64,000 nucleotides of DNA. Source: Acidimicrobiales bacterium. Lineage in GTDB: Bacteria > Actinomycetota > Acidimicrobiia > Acidimicrobiales > Bog-793. The DNA lies in assembly GCA_049514105.1 (NCBI GenBank), contig JBEKVJ010000003.1, positions 17,304 to 81,303 on the forward strand, given 5' to 3'. Each line of letters starts with the position of its first letter. Within the stretch, counting starts at the first letter, position 1. The translations under genes and the position numbers were made by a program. Shown piece after piece: positions 19,728 through 29,358 of the stretch. A model generated the notes under the pieces. That model ran no database searches and was not told the DNA's origin. It saw only the letters and a program-made list of their open reading frames with translations.

Positions 19728-20758
19728 CAGTACTCGACTTTGAACATGTACCTTCGCTGCTCCAGGTCGTGACCACGTACCGACTCGAAGTGCTTGGCCA
19801 GCCGGGAGACGATCGCACCCAGCGCGATCGGGGCCACCTCAGCCCTGGCGGCATCAGGAACCCCGGGAAGACTCAGCTCGCGCGAGTCCACGAAGAACAC
19901 CTTCTTGGTGTACTGGCGGAGGAATCGAAGGGCGCGTTCGGCCATCGGGCGCGTGACGTCCTCACCGGCGAACAAGATCACAGGGATGTCGTCGGTCACG
20001 ACCTCGAATGCCCCGTGGAAGAACTCGCCCGCATTGAAGGCGCCCGAGTGCATCCACTGCATCTCTTGCAGGTAGCACATGGAGAGACAGCGCGCGACGC
20101 CCTCGACCGGGCCCGCGCCGAGCACATAGATGATCGGCGAGTCCGCGCACTGCTCGGCGATCTCACGGCTGCGCGGGTCCTGCTCTTTGAGCCCCAGCTC
20201 CATCGCCTCGGGCAGGGCGTCGTAGGCGGCCGCGATCGTCCCCGCATCCTCGGATGTGCCGCTCGCCGCGATAAGGCCATGGCCGATGTTGGCGAGCAGG
20301 ACATGCTTGGGCTCCCAGACCGTGTGGTCACTGCCGTAGGTGAACGCCTCGTCGACACCGGTCGCGAGCGGGCTGTCAGAAAGGCGCGTGACGCCGAGCA
20401 CAGCCGCGCCAGCCTCACGTGCGGTCGTGATGGCCGCGACCGTCTCTTTCGTCCTTCCCGTGTGCGAAGCCACGACCACTACAGAACGTGGCCCGAGATG
20501 CCGGGGTCGGCGGAAGTTGAACTCGTTGCTCGTAAGACGAAAGACGTTCAAGTTCTCGGCCACCGTGTCCATGAGGAACTGAACCGGGTACGTCGCATAA
20601 AGCGAGCCACCGCAGCCGACGAAATACACGTTGTCGATGCCGCGCTCTACGACGCGGGCCGTGACCTCCTTTGCGCGGTCACGTTGGGCCACCGCCCGCC
20701 TGGTCGTTTCGACGAAGTCCTCCTGGATCGGCTTCATCGGGAGTGCTGACTCGCTCAT
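19727..20758 (-). CDS. frlB: Fructosamine-6-phosphate deglycase (SIS domains)
   Basis: GCGGS, SH.G.TKET, CYLQEMQW, GEFFHGAFEV, C-terminal RRYM.KVEY. Confidence 0.88.
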   Translation of the reverse strand: MSESALPMKPIQEDFVETTRRAVAQRDRAKEVTARVVERGIDNVYFVGCGGSLYATYPVQFLMDTVAENLNVFRLTSNEFNFRRPRHLGPRSVVVVASHTGRTKETVAAITTAREAGAAVLGVTRLSDSPLATGVDEAFTYGSDHTVWEPKHVLLANIGHGLIAASGTSEDAGTIAAAYDALPEAMELGLKEQDPRSREIAEQCADSPIIYVLGAGPVEGVARCLSMCYLQEMQWMHSGAFNAGEFFHGAFEVVTDDIPVILFAGEDVTRPMAERALRFLRQYTKKVFFVDSRELSLPGVPDAARAEVAPIALGAIVSRLAKHFESVRGHDLEQRRYMFKVEY

Positions 20759-20824
20759 CTCACGCTCGCTTTCGCACGGTTTGGTTCGGATGACGACGCG
20801 GCCGGTTGGCTCGACCGTTAAGAC

Positions 20825-21904
20825 TCAGGGCCAGCGCGCATCTGCAGCTCCGAGCACGCCGTGGCCCATGAGAACGCGCTCGTCGAGATTCAAGATCCCC
20901 CGCTTGATGGCCGAATGGACAATGAAGCACTGCGTGAGGGAGTTCAACAGCAGGCCGCTTAGAAGCGGATGGACATCGCCGTAGCTGGTCGCGTCGTAAC
21001 TCAAGATGCGGGCGCCCCGCTGTTCGCACAGCTGGCGCACACGAAGAGTCACCTCTCGCGACTCGTCGGTGCCGACGAGGAACATCATGTCCGGGCGCGT
21101 CCGCTCGAGAGCCTCGGCTGGGCCGTGGCGGAATTCGCTCGCGTCGCAGTAGGTGGCACCGATGCGGATGTTCTCCATGACGACTGTGAGAGCGATCTTG
21201 TATGCGAGCGCGCTCAGGACACCGGCGCCGAGAACGTAGATATGGGTCGAATCAAGGAAGTCCTCTGCCTTGGCGTCAGCCGCTTCCAGCTCGCGCTCGA
21301 CGGCGGCACGCAGTATCTCCGGTAGCTCGTACAAGGAGCGCTCGAGATCGTCTCGCTCCGTCGCTCGCCCGGCACGGGCGGCGAGCTCTCCGGCAAGAAG
21401 AGCGAGCAGGACCACCGGACCCTCGTAGCAGGCAGCCGAGTCGAACGCGACGACGTGGGTGGCCTCCCTTCCGAGCGTCGAGTCAGCGTCCCGCACGAGG
21501 CTGACGGTGGTAGCACCGCGCCCGCTTGCGTAGCGCATGGCGGCGAGGGTGTCCTCCGTCTCGCCCGAGAGCGACGCCACCACAAACAGCGACCTGTTGT
21601 CCAACAGCTTGGGTGCCCGCCACATGACGTCGTAGCTGGTAATCGCCTCGGTGTGCACATCGGTCAGCGCGTCGAACAGGTACTTTGCCTGCACCATGTC
21701 GGCGTAGGAGCCGCCGCTGCCGACGAGGTAGACCGTGTTGACGGCTGGGTCGACCAGGTCGGCGAGAGCCCGAGCGGCGTCCGCGCGGCGCTCGAGGAGG
21801 GCTGTCAGGTCATCCGCGATCCGGGCGCCTGTGAAATAGTCGCTCGCTTTCGCGTTGGCGACAGCATTGGCCCGGATGCTCGAAGTCGTGAAGTCGGAGA
21901 GCAT
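20825..21904 (-). CDS. Second SIS-domain sugar-phosphate deglycase/isomerase paralog
   Basis: GSGGS, SLSGET.DT, EFRHGP.E. Confidence 0.8.
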   Translation of the reverse strand: MLSDFTTSSIRANAVANAKASDYFTGARIADDLTALLERRADAARALADLVDPAVNTVYLVGSGGSYADMVQAKYLFDALTDVHTEAITSYDVMWRAPKLLDNRSLFVVASLSGETEDTLAAMRYASGRGATTVSLVRDADSTLGREATHVVAFDSAACYEGPVVLLALLAGELAARAGRATERDDLERSLYELPEILRAAVERELEAADAKAEDFLDSTHIYVLGAGVLSALAYKIALTVVMENIRIGATYCDASEFRHGPAEALERTRPDMMFLVGTDESREVTLRVRQLCEQRGARILSYDATSYGDVHPLLSGLLLNSLTQCFIVHSAIKRGILNLDERVLMGHGVLGAADARWP

Positions 21905-21939
21905 GTGAGATCGCTATCACTATGATACGAGAGTGTCAA
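21905..21939 (-). promoter_or_regulatory. Probable leaderless promoter with overlapping LacI operator
   Basis: Minus strand TTGACA-N17-TAGCGA-N6-ATG; GTGAGATCGCTATCAC imperfect palindrome (21905-21920) with central CG. Confidence 0.65.
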
Positions 21940-21986
21940 GGAGCGCCCGGGCGGCGGGCGTTAAAACCGGTCCGCCGACGATCTGA

Positions 21987-23036
21987 TCAGCGCAACGCTC
22001 GCTGGCGTCGTGGGGCTGAACGCTCTCCTAGCACCTGGCTCGAAGCGCGCACTATGAGCTCGGTGGCAAGGCGCAGGCGCCTCGGCTTGCCGAGGTCTCC
22101 CTGCATACGGGCGAGCAGGAGCTTGCCTGCTTCGCGCCCGAGCTGTCGGACAGGTTGGGCGACGGCTGTCACCGGCGGTTCGTAAAGACTGAGCAGCTCG
22201 AAGTCGTCAAAAGCTACGAGACTGAGATCGCGCGGGACAACGATGTTCAACTCCCGAAAGGCCCTGAGCGCTCCGATGGTCATGAAGTTGCTGGCCGTGA
22301 AGATCGCCGTCGGTGGATGGACACGCCCGAGCAGCTCCATGGTTGCCTTGTAACCGTCCTCCATCGGCGAGGAGGCGTAGACGAGCAACGAGTCGTCCGC
22401 TTCGATGCCAGCGCCTCGAAGCGCCCCCGCCCAGCCCCTCAGGCGCATCGTCATCGAGGTCAGCGGCACCTCGGCGGCGTCAATGACGATGCCGATGCGG
22501 CGGTGGCCCTCTGCTAAAAGGAGCCTCACCGCGGCCGTGGCCCCGCCGAGGCCGTCGGAGACGGCCGAGTCGACACCTAGGCCGCGTACAGTGCGGTCCA
22601 ACAAGACAATGGGAGTCCCCGCAGCGGCGGCCTCAGCCAGGTGATCGCCGTCGTTGCTGCTCGCCGGCGCCACGACCAGCCCGTCAACCCGGTTGGCCCG
22701 CAACGAGTCGACGGCTCGGCGCTCCCGATCGACGTTCTCGTCCGAGTTTGCGACGATGAGCGTGTAGCCGAACTCCTCTACGACATCTGCCAGACCCCTT
22801 GCGGCCGTCGCAAAGAACGAGTTCTCGATATCGCCGGCGATGAGGCCGATGATGTTCGAAGTCCCCGATGCCAAGGTACGCGCGGCGTTGTTCGGCAGGT
22901 AGCCAAGGGCCCGAGCAGCCGAGTGGACACGCTGGCGGGCGTCGTCTCCCACATATCCGTAACCGCCGAGAGCTCGCGCCGCGGTTGCTTGTGAAACCCC
23001 GGCGTGCTTGGCGACATCTCGAACGGTGACGGTCAT
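21987..23036 (-). CDS. LacI family transcriptional regulator
   Basis: TVRDVAKHAGVS.AT..RAL, LGY.PN..AR.L, VP.DLS...FDD. Confidence 0.96.
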   Translation of the reverse strand: MTVTVRDVAKHAGVSQATAARALGGYGYVGDDARQRVHSAARALGYLPNNAARTLASGTSNIIGLIAGDIENSFFATAARGLADVVEEFGYTLIVANSDENVDRERRAVDSLRANRVDGLVVAPASSNDGDHLAEAAAAGTPIVLLDRTVRGLGVDSAVSDGLGGATAAVRLLLAEGHRRIGIVIDAAEVPLTSMTMRLRGWAGALRGAGIEADDSLLVYASSPMEDGYKATMELLGRVHPPTAIFTASNFMTIGALRAFRELNIVVPRDLSLVAFDDFELLSLYEPPVTAVAQPVRQLGREAGKLLLARMQGDLGKPRRLRLATELIVRASSQVLGERSAPRRQRALR

Positions 23037-23064
23037 CTTTGGGAAGCGTAGCCCTGCCGCGGAT

Positions 23065-23080
23065 GTGATTCCGCTCTCAG
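23065..23080. promoter_or_regulatory. Second putative LacI operator between lacI and the HAD gene
   Basis: GTGATTCCGCTCTCAG resembles the 21905-21920 site. Confidence 0.5.
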
Positions 23081-23150
23081 AAAATGGCTGCGCTCAGGCG
23101 TGTCTGGGCCGGACTGGACATGACACGGCTGGCGACGGCACGCTGGCGCC

Positions 23151-23855
23151 ATGCCCGCGACAGCTGCTCACGGCCGCGCCTTCGACGCCCTTGTGTTCGA
23201 CCTAGACGGAGTCATCGTGGACACCGAGCGCGTGATCCACGAGACATGGGTCACAATATTTGCCCGTTACGGATGCTCGTTCACGCCAGAGGAGTGGGCC
23301 ACGGCGGTCGGGACGGCGGACCGCGGCTTCAACCCGTTTGAGGAGCTCGTGGCGCGTGCCTCGGTGCCGCTCCCCTCGCCCGCTGAGCTGCGCGAGGAGG
23401 TCGACCGTCTCGAGATGGAGCTCTTGGAGGGCCTGAGCCCGCTTCCGGGCATTCGCGAGTGGATCGAGGGGGCTGAGACTCTCGGCATGGGCGTCGCCGT
23501 CGCGTCCAGTTCACCTGCGCCCTGGGTAGAAGGGCGCCTGGCAGATGTCGGCCTCGAGCGACACTTCGTCGTCGTCAGCTGCCGCAACGAGCGCCTTGCG
23601 GCCAAGCCTGCCCCTGATCTCTACCTCGACGCCTGCAGGAGGCTCCTGGTCGATCCGAAACGGGCGATCGCGGTGGAGGACTCGGCTAATGGCCTGGCCG
23701 CGGCTCGGGCGGCGGGACTCGCGGCAGTTGCCGTTCCGAATTCCATGACGCTCGATCACGACCTGAGCGCGGCCGATCTCGTCGTGGAGTCACTCGCGGC
23801 GATGTCCCTCGGAGAAGCTGTCCGCCGCCTGGCAGAGCAAAGGACCCGCGACTAG
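23151..23855 (+). CDS. HAD family phosphatase (beta-PGM-like)
   Basis: FDLDGVIVDTE, ASSS, KPAPD.YL, EDS.NG. Confidence 0.92.
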   Translation: MPATAAHGRAFDALVFDLDGVIVDTERVIHETWVTIFARYGCSFTPEEWATAVGTADRGFNPFEELVARASVPLPSPAELREEVDRLEMELLEGLSPLPGIREWIEGAETLGMGVAVASSSPAPWVEGRLADVGLERHFVVVSCRNERLAAKPAPDLYLDACRRLLVDPKRAIAVEDSANGLAAARAAGLAAVAVPNSMTLDHDLSAADLVVESLAAMSLGEAVRRLAEQRTRD

Positions 23856-24268
23856 GGCACCACGAGGATCGGAAAGCGCCCGCGACCGAGGATCTGGCGT
23901 GGGACCCCGCCGAGGTGCAGGTGGGGATGCTCCGAGCGGCCGACGACGATGAGGTCGGCCTTGCAGGTCTCCGCCAGGATCTCGAGCTCGTTGCCGATGT
24001 CTCCGCTCCGGCAGGTGAAGTCCCCCCCGACGTGGGCCTGGAAGAGCTCCTCGGTTACAAAGCGGGCGAGGCGCTCGTCGCTCTCGGCATCTGCTATCAG
24101 CGGCACAGGCGCGAAGAATCCACCGATCGCGGCCGCGCCAGGTAGGTGCGCGACATAACAGGCGTGAACGCAGCCCTCCTCGCGGACCGCGAGCCCGACA
24201 GCCATGGCGAAAGCCCGATAGCTCGTCTCCGAGCCGTCGATCCCGACAACGATGCTGTTGAGGCTCAT
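23852..24268 (-). CDS. Universal stress protein
   Basis: IVVGIDGSE.S, ADLIVVG, LG.V, PILVVP; start ATG 24268. Confidence 0.88.
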   Translation of the reverse strand: MSLNSIVVGIDGSETSYRAFAMAVGLAVREEGCVHACYVAHLPGAAAIGGFFAPVPLIADAESDERLARFVTEELFQAHVGGDFTCRSGDIGNELEILAETCKADLIVVGRSEHPHLHLGGVPRQILGRGRFPILVVP

Positions 24269-24272
24269 GCCC

Positions 24273-26096
24273 CTACTTTCGCGTGACGGGGACCTTCGGT
24301 CCACTACCGGCAACTCCGAGCGTCTCGACGGGCAGCGACTCGGACCCGCCACCGTGGCGTATCCGCGGCACGTGGGCATGGTGCATGCGCGCCTTCTGGG
24401 CGATCGACTCCTCGTCGACGTGAATGAACTTCTCGCCCCGAAGTGCCGAGGCGACCGCTGCGATGACGCACATGACCACGGCGAAGGTCAGGATCAGAAA
24501 GAGTGCGTCCTTGAACGACGGCCCGATGAGCTGTGGGAAGAACGCTCGGCCTGTTATCGCCCCCGCTTGGCCCGGGGCGAGATGACTCAGCACGGCCGGG
24601 CCGAGCAGACTTCGTAGCGGGTTGTAGCCCAAAAAAGCGGCGAAAATGTAGCCGAGGGGCGGCAGGTGGGCAAGCCTCGTCGCGTCGATCGCGGGCACGC
24701 CGTGGGCGATCAGGCCTGCGTACATAGCTGAGGGCACCTTGTCGTTCAGCCCGAATACGAGCAGGGTGAAGAACAGCCCCATCGACAGGGGCAGGCCAGT
24801 CTGGGCGAAGGTCACACGCATCCCAGAGGCCGCCCCGCGATGTCGAGCGGGGACCGAGTTCATGATCGAGGCCGTGTTCGGCGAGGCGAACAGGCCACCG
24901 CCCATCCCGGCCACGAGCATCACGGTTGCGAAGGGCAGGTAGGAGAAATTCGCCGGGAAGGTCATCATCACTGCGTACATCGCCGCGGTGATAAGCATCC
25001 CGGCCGTGGCGAACAGACGGGCACCGTATCGGTCCGACAGCCTGCCTGAGATGGGCCCGGCGATGACGAAACCGACCATGAACGGGATCATGTAGATGCC
25101 TGCCCAAAGTGGTGTCCTCGTGAAGCTGTAGCCGTGCTGGGGAAGCCAGATGCCCTGGAACCAGATCATCAGCATGAACTGCATGCCCCCGCGACCCACC
25201 CCACCGAGGAAGTTCGCGGCGTTGCCAGCGGTAAAGGCGCGGATTCGAAACAGCGAGAGCCGGAACATGGGCTCGGCTACCTTCGTCTCGATGTAGGCGA
25301 AAGCCACGAGCAGTGCGATGCCGCCGAAGATCATCTCTAGGACGAACGGGTCACCCCAGCCGGTCAGGGAGTTTCCGTAGGGCTTTATGCCGTAGGTGAC
25401 GCCCGTGAGGATCATGGCGAGTCCAGCGGCAAAACTGAGGTTGCCGAGCCAGTCGAGCTTGGCCCTGATGCGTATCCCGATCTCCTTCAACTTCACGTAT
25501 GCCCACACGGTGCCGAAGACGCCTACTGGAACATTGGCGAGGAAGACCCAGCGCCAGCCCACCTGTGAGAGCAGACCGCCCACTAGGATCCCGAGGAACG
25601 AGCCCACGATCCCCACGACCATGTTCATCCCGAGGGCGAAGCCGAGCTGCTCTGCGGGAAAGGCGTCGGTGATGATGGCAGCCGAGTTCGCCATGAGCAG
25701 CGCCCCGCCGATCGCCTGGACCATCCGCAAGATGACGAGCTCGAGCGCTCCGGTCGAGCCTGTGCTCCAGACCGCGGAAAGCAAGATCGCCGAGATTGTG
25801 AACCAGGCGAAGCCGAGGTTGTACATCCTGACCCGGCCGAACATGTCCCCGATGCGCCCCACGGTCACGACCACCGCGGCCGACACCAGCATGTAGCCCA
25901 TCATGATCCAGAGCAGATAAGGGAAGTTGGCTGGTTGCAACGGGTTCAGGTGGATGCCCCTGAAGATGACAGGCAAGGCGATGATGAGGCTCGTCCCGTT
26001 CAAGGTCGCCAGCAACATCCCGATTGTGGTGTTGGAAAGGACGATCCACTTATAACGTGGCCCGACAACCGGGGCTGGCGACTGCGACGTGCTCAT
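24273..26096 (-). CDS. MFS transporter, DHA2-like efflux
   Basis: GRIGDMFGR, RMVQAIGGA, WRWVFLANVP; many TM segments. Confidence 0.93.
   Translation of the reverse strand: MSTSQSPAPVVGPRYKWIVLSNTTIGMLLATLNGTSLIIALPVIFRGIHLNPLQPANFPYLLWIMMGYMLVSAAVVVTVGRIGDMFGRVRMYNLGFAWFTISAILLSAVWSTGSTGALELVILRMVQAIGGALLMANSAAIITDAFPAEQLGFALGMNMVVGIVGSFLGILVGGLLSQVGWRWVFLANVPVGVFGTVWAYVKLKEIGIRIRAKLDWLGNLSFAAGLAMILTGVTYGIKPYGNSLTGWGDPFVLEMIFGGIALLVAFAYIETKVAEPMFRLSLFRIRAFTAGNAANFLGGVGRGGMQFMLMIWFQGIWLPQHGYSFTRTPLWAGIYMIPFMVGFVIAGPISGRLSDRYGARLFATAGMLITAAMYAVMMTFPANFSYLPFATVMLVAGMGGGLFASPNTASIMNSVPARHRGAASGMRVTFAQTGLPLSMGLFFTLLVFGLNDKVPSAMYAGLIAHGVPAIDATRLAHLPPLGYIFAAFLGYNPLRSLLGPAVLSHLAPGQAGAITGRAFFPQLIGPSFKDALFLILTFAVVMCVIAAVASALRGEKFIHVDEESIAQKARMHHAHVPRIRHGGGSESLPVETLGVAGSGPKVPVTRK
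24289..24302. promoter_or_regulatory. DosR-like box upstream of the USP gene
   Basis: GGGAC-CTTC-GGTCC resembles GGGAC-N4-GNCCC. Confidence 0.4.
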
Positions 26097-26596
26097 CTCC
26101 GCGTCTCCTTTGACTCGTGACGGTCTTGTGCTTGGGTGTCGCCGGGGCGCTCTGTCGCGAACGTCTCGAGCAGGGCTATGGCTCGCTCGACCGCGAGGCG
26201 GTCGGCTTTGGAGAGGGCACTGAGCTGTTCTGCCAGCCAGGCGTTGCCGATTCGGGCGCGTCGCTCCAAGAGCTCGACGCCCTTGGTGCTAGCCACCACC
26301 TGCACGCCTCGGCGGTCTGACGGGTTCGTGCGCCGGCTGATGAGGCCTGCCTCCTCCAACTTGTCGGCGAGGCGCGTGGCAGCCGGAGAGGGCAGGCCCT
26401 CGATCTCGGCAAGTTGCCCGATCCCAACAGGACCCGATCGGACCACGGTCGCGAGGACCGACATCTGGGCGATCGTGAGCTCGTTCGGATCCATGCGCCG
26501 GAGCTGGCGCGACAGTCGGACCATCGAGACCCGGAGCCGGCCCGCGAGCTCGTTGGGGGCGCTCGCGTCCGGGGTCGGGGATCTCGATTCGCTCAC
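26093..26596 (-). CDS. MarR family transcriptional regulator
   Basis: LT.AQ.SVL, LA..E...P.ATR...LE..GLI.R......DRR. Confidence 0.92.
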   Translation of the reverse strand: MSESRSPTPDASAPNELAGRLRVSMVRLSRQLRRMDPNELTIAQMSVLATVVRSGPVGIGQLAEIEGLPSPAATRLADKLEEAGLISRRTNPSDRRGVQVVASTKGVELLERRARIGNAWLAEQLSALSKADRLAVERAIALLETFATERPGDTQAQDRHESKETRR

Positions 26597-26699
26597 TTGA
26601 GTGTGCCTCTTGCGACCTTTGCTTGGTGACTCGCTCTGACTGGAGTCACGCCGACTAATGTAGCGCCATTACTATATATCAACGGCACAGATCGATCGT

Positions 26700-28001
26700 T
26701 TGCTTCCTCCGTCGAGCACGGGTGGTGTGCCGGTGAGCCCGGGCGGGCCCTTCGTGGTCATGGCCAAGCCGGTGGGCCCGGTCTGCAACCTCGAGTGCAG
26801 CTACTGCTACTACCTCGAGAAGACAAGCCTGTTCCCCCGGGGCGAAGCCTTCCGGATGCACCCGGAGGTGCTTGAGACCTATATCTCCTCGTTCATCGCC
26901 GCGAGCCCTGGCCCGGTGGTGCACTTCGGCTGGCACGGCGGGGAGCCGACACTGGCCGGGCTCGAGTTCTACCGCAGCGTCGTAGAGCTCCAGCGCCGTT
27001 ATCTGCCGACGGGTTGGCGCTGTGTCAACAACCTTCAGACCAACGCGACGCTGCTCGACGAGGGCTGGTGCAGCTTCCTGGCCGAGAGCCGCTTCGCCGT
27101 CGGGATAAGCATCGACGGCCCCGCAGCGGTGCACGATGCCAATCGCCTCGACCGGCGCGGGCGGCCCACCCACGCCCGGGCGATGCGAGGCCTGCGCCTG
27201 TTGCAGGGCGCTGGGGTGGACCCGGACGTCTTGTGCACGCTGAACTCGCTCACGGCAGCTTCGCCAGTTGAGGTCTACCGCTTCTTCGTCGACGAGGGCG
27301 TGCGCTGGGTGCAGTTCCTACCGGTGGTCGAGCGCCTGAGAGACGGCCGCCTGTCGGATCGCTCCGTGACGCCTGAAGCAATGGGCGAGTTCCTCTGCAC
27401 CATCTTCGACGAGTGGGTCCGCTATGACATAGAGCGGATCGGGGTGCAGAACTTCCTCGAGTGCTTCCTCGTCGCGAGCGGCAAGCCCCCGAACATCTGC
27501 GTGATGTCGGAGACTTGCGGGCGGGTCCTCGCCATGGAGCACGACGGGGGCGTGTACGCCTGCGACCACTTCGTCGATCCCGCGCACCGCCTCGGAGATC
27601 TCAGCGACGACCTGGCAGCTCTCGTCGAGCTACCCGAGCAAGTCGCGTTCGGCGAGGCCAAGCACACCGGTCTTCCCACTTGCTGCCAGCGCTGTGCCGT
27701 TCGCCTTTACTGCAACGGAGGCTGCCCGAAGGACCGCTTTGCGACATCGCCACAGGGCGAGCGCGGCCTCAATTACCTCTGTGCCGGCTACATGGGCTTT
27801 TACAGCCATGTCCGGCCCTATCTCGAGCGCATGGCGGCGCTTGTTCGAGACGGCCGGAAGATCTCGGACATAAGCGAAGAGCTCGCGTTGGCCGAGCGAC
27901 CCGAACGCGCCAGGTGGGCCAACGCCGGTCGAAACGATCCCTGTCCTTGCGGGAGCGGGCGCAAGTTCAAGCACTGTTGTTCTCTCATCCGCCGGCGGTG
28001 A
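26700..28001 (+). CDS. Anaerobic sulfatase maturase family radical SAM/SPASM protein with C-terminal SEC-C motif
   Basis: MAKP.GP.CNLECSYCYY, WHGGEPTL, QTN, Y.CDHFV, C.GGCPK.R, GRNDPCPCGSGRKFKHCC; start uncertain. Confidence 0.92.
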   Translation: MLPPSSTGGVPVSPGGPFVVMAKPVGPVCNLECSYCYYLEKTSLFPRGEAFRMHPEVLETYISSFIAASPGPVVHFGWHGGEPTLAGLEFYRSVVELQRRYLPTGWRCVNNLQTNATLLDEGWCSFLAESRFAVGISIDGPAAVHDANRLDRRGRPTHARAMRGLRLLQGAGVDPDVLCTLNSLTAASPVEVYRFFVDEGVRWVQFLPVVERLRDGRLSDRSVTPEAMGEFLCTIFDEWVRYDIERIGVQNFLECFLVASGKPPNICVMSETCGRVLAMEHDGGVYACDHFVDPAHRLGDLSDDLAALVELPEQVAFGEAKHTGLPTCCQRCAVRLYCNGGCPKDRFATSPQGERGLNYLCAGYMGFYSHVRPYLERMAALVRDGRKISDISEELALAERPERARWANAGRNDPCPCGSGRKFKHCCSLIRRR

Positions 28002-28038
28002 TCGGTCCGAGTACCGGGTCCAGGCGTCTCGCGTTTAG

Positions 28039-28052
28039 GAGACCTTCGGCCC
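28039..28052. promoter_or_regulatory. DosR-like box upstream of the radical SAM-enolase pair
   Basis: GAGAC-CTTC-GGCCC within TAGGAGACCTTCGGCCCTA. Confidence 0.45.
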
Positions 28053-28125
28053 TACTGCCGGCTGGTCGGATCACCCACACTGGAGCCAGGCGGGAGATGT
28101 TGGTTCGTGTGCAAACGGAGGGGCG

Positions 28126-29340
28126 ATGACCGAGGCTGTGATTGCACCTGGCCACGCCGCCGGACACGGATCCGGCCGGGACAGGACCTTCGAGCATGCG
28201 CCGCGCCTTGTCTTTTGGGAGACGACGAAAGCCTGCCCGCTCGCCTGTGTGCACTGCAGGGCGACGTCGCAGTGCTCGCCGGACCCGGCCGAGCTGACGA
28301 CCGAGGAGGGCATGGCCCTCATCGACGAGCTGGCAGGAGCAGGACGCCCGACGCCTGTGCTGATCCTCACCGGTGGTGACTGCCTGCAGCGCCCCGACCT
28401 GTTCGAGCTGACCGCGCACGCGAGACGAAGCGGCGTCCCGCTCGCCGTGGCGCCTTCGGTCTCGGCGGACCTCAACGCCGCCACAGTTTCGAAGCTGGCC
28501 GAGCACGGCGTGCACACGGCCTCGCTGAGCCTGGACGGAGCCAAGGACGGCACCCACGAGCAGGTCCGCCAGGTCCCGGGACACTTCGCCGACACGCTAA
28601 AGGCGATCGGCCTTTTGCATGAACACGGCTTCGACGTACAGATCAACTCGGCGGTGATGGCCCAAAATGTGCACGAGATGGCCGACATCGCGGCACTGCT
28701 CGTCGGCCACGAGATCGCGACCTGGGAGGTCTTCTTCCTCATCGGCGTGGGCCGGGGCGACACGGTGGCCGAGATCGCACCCGATGCGTACGAGGACGTG
28801 TGCCACTTCCTCGTCGACGCCGCCCGCTACGGGATGGTCGTGCGTACGGTTGAGGCTCCCTTCTTCCGCCGAGTCCGCGACTGGCGCTCCAAGGCCACCT
28901 CCGGGCTCGACCCGGCCGTCGAGTTCGGTCTCGGCCCCCTCTACGGCGAGCTTCGCGACCGGCTCGTCGAGCTGTTGGGCCCGCCACGAACCGAGGTCAT
29001 GGCTCCGAGCGCGGGCACCCGTGACGGCAAGGGCATCGTTTTCGTCGCCCACGACGGCGCGGTCTACCCAGCTGGCTTCCTACCTCTCGCGCTCGGATCG
29101 GTGCGCGAGCGCACCATGCTCGAGATCTACCGCGACGACCCTGTGCTAAAAGCGATCCGCAATGCGGAGTTCCCGGGTCGCTGCGGGCGTTGCGAGTACG
29201 CGAACGACTGCGGGGGGTCGCGTGCGCGTGCCTTTGCGGCGAGCGGCGACCCGCTCGGCGACGACCCGGCTTGCTCCTACGTGCCCCCGGCGGCGACACT
29301 CGATACGTCGCCGGTCCCCCGCCGAGCGACCACTGTCTGA
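28126..29340 (+). CDS. Radical SAM/SPASM protein, AhbC/AhbD/NirJ-like (TIGR04053-type)
   Basis: WETTKACPLACVHCRA, LTGGD, SLDG, CGRCEY...CGGSRARA....GD.L..DP.C. Confidence 0.85.
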   Translation: MTEAVIAPGHAAGHGSGRDRTFEHAPRLVFWETTKACPLACVHCRATSQCSPDPAELTTEEGMALIDELAGAGRPTPVLILTGGDCLQRPDLFELTAHARRSGVPLAVAPSVSADLNAATVSKLAEHGVHTASLSLDGAKDGTHEQVRQVPGHFADTLKAIGLLHEHGFDVQINSAVMAQNVHEMADIAALLVGHEIATWEVFFLIGVGRGDTVAEIAPDAYEDVCHFLVDAARYGMVVRTVEAPFFRRVRDWRSKATSGLDPAVEFGLGPLYGELRDRLVELLGPPRTEVMAPSAGTRDGKGIVFVAHDGAVYPAGFLPLALGSVRERTMLEIYRDDPVLKAIRNAEFPGRCGRCEYANDCGGSRARAFAASGDPLGDDPACSYVPPAATLDTSPVPRRATTV

Positions 29341-29358
29341 TCTGAAGGAGAGCCGGAG

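Noticed and set aside
28002..28125. RiPP precursor between the radical SAM genes
   Set aside because: No small ORF with an SD and precursor-like composition
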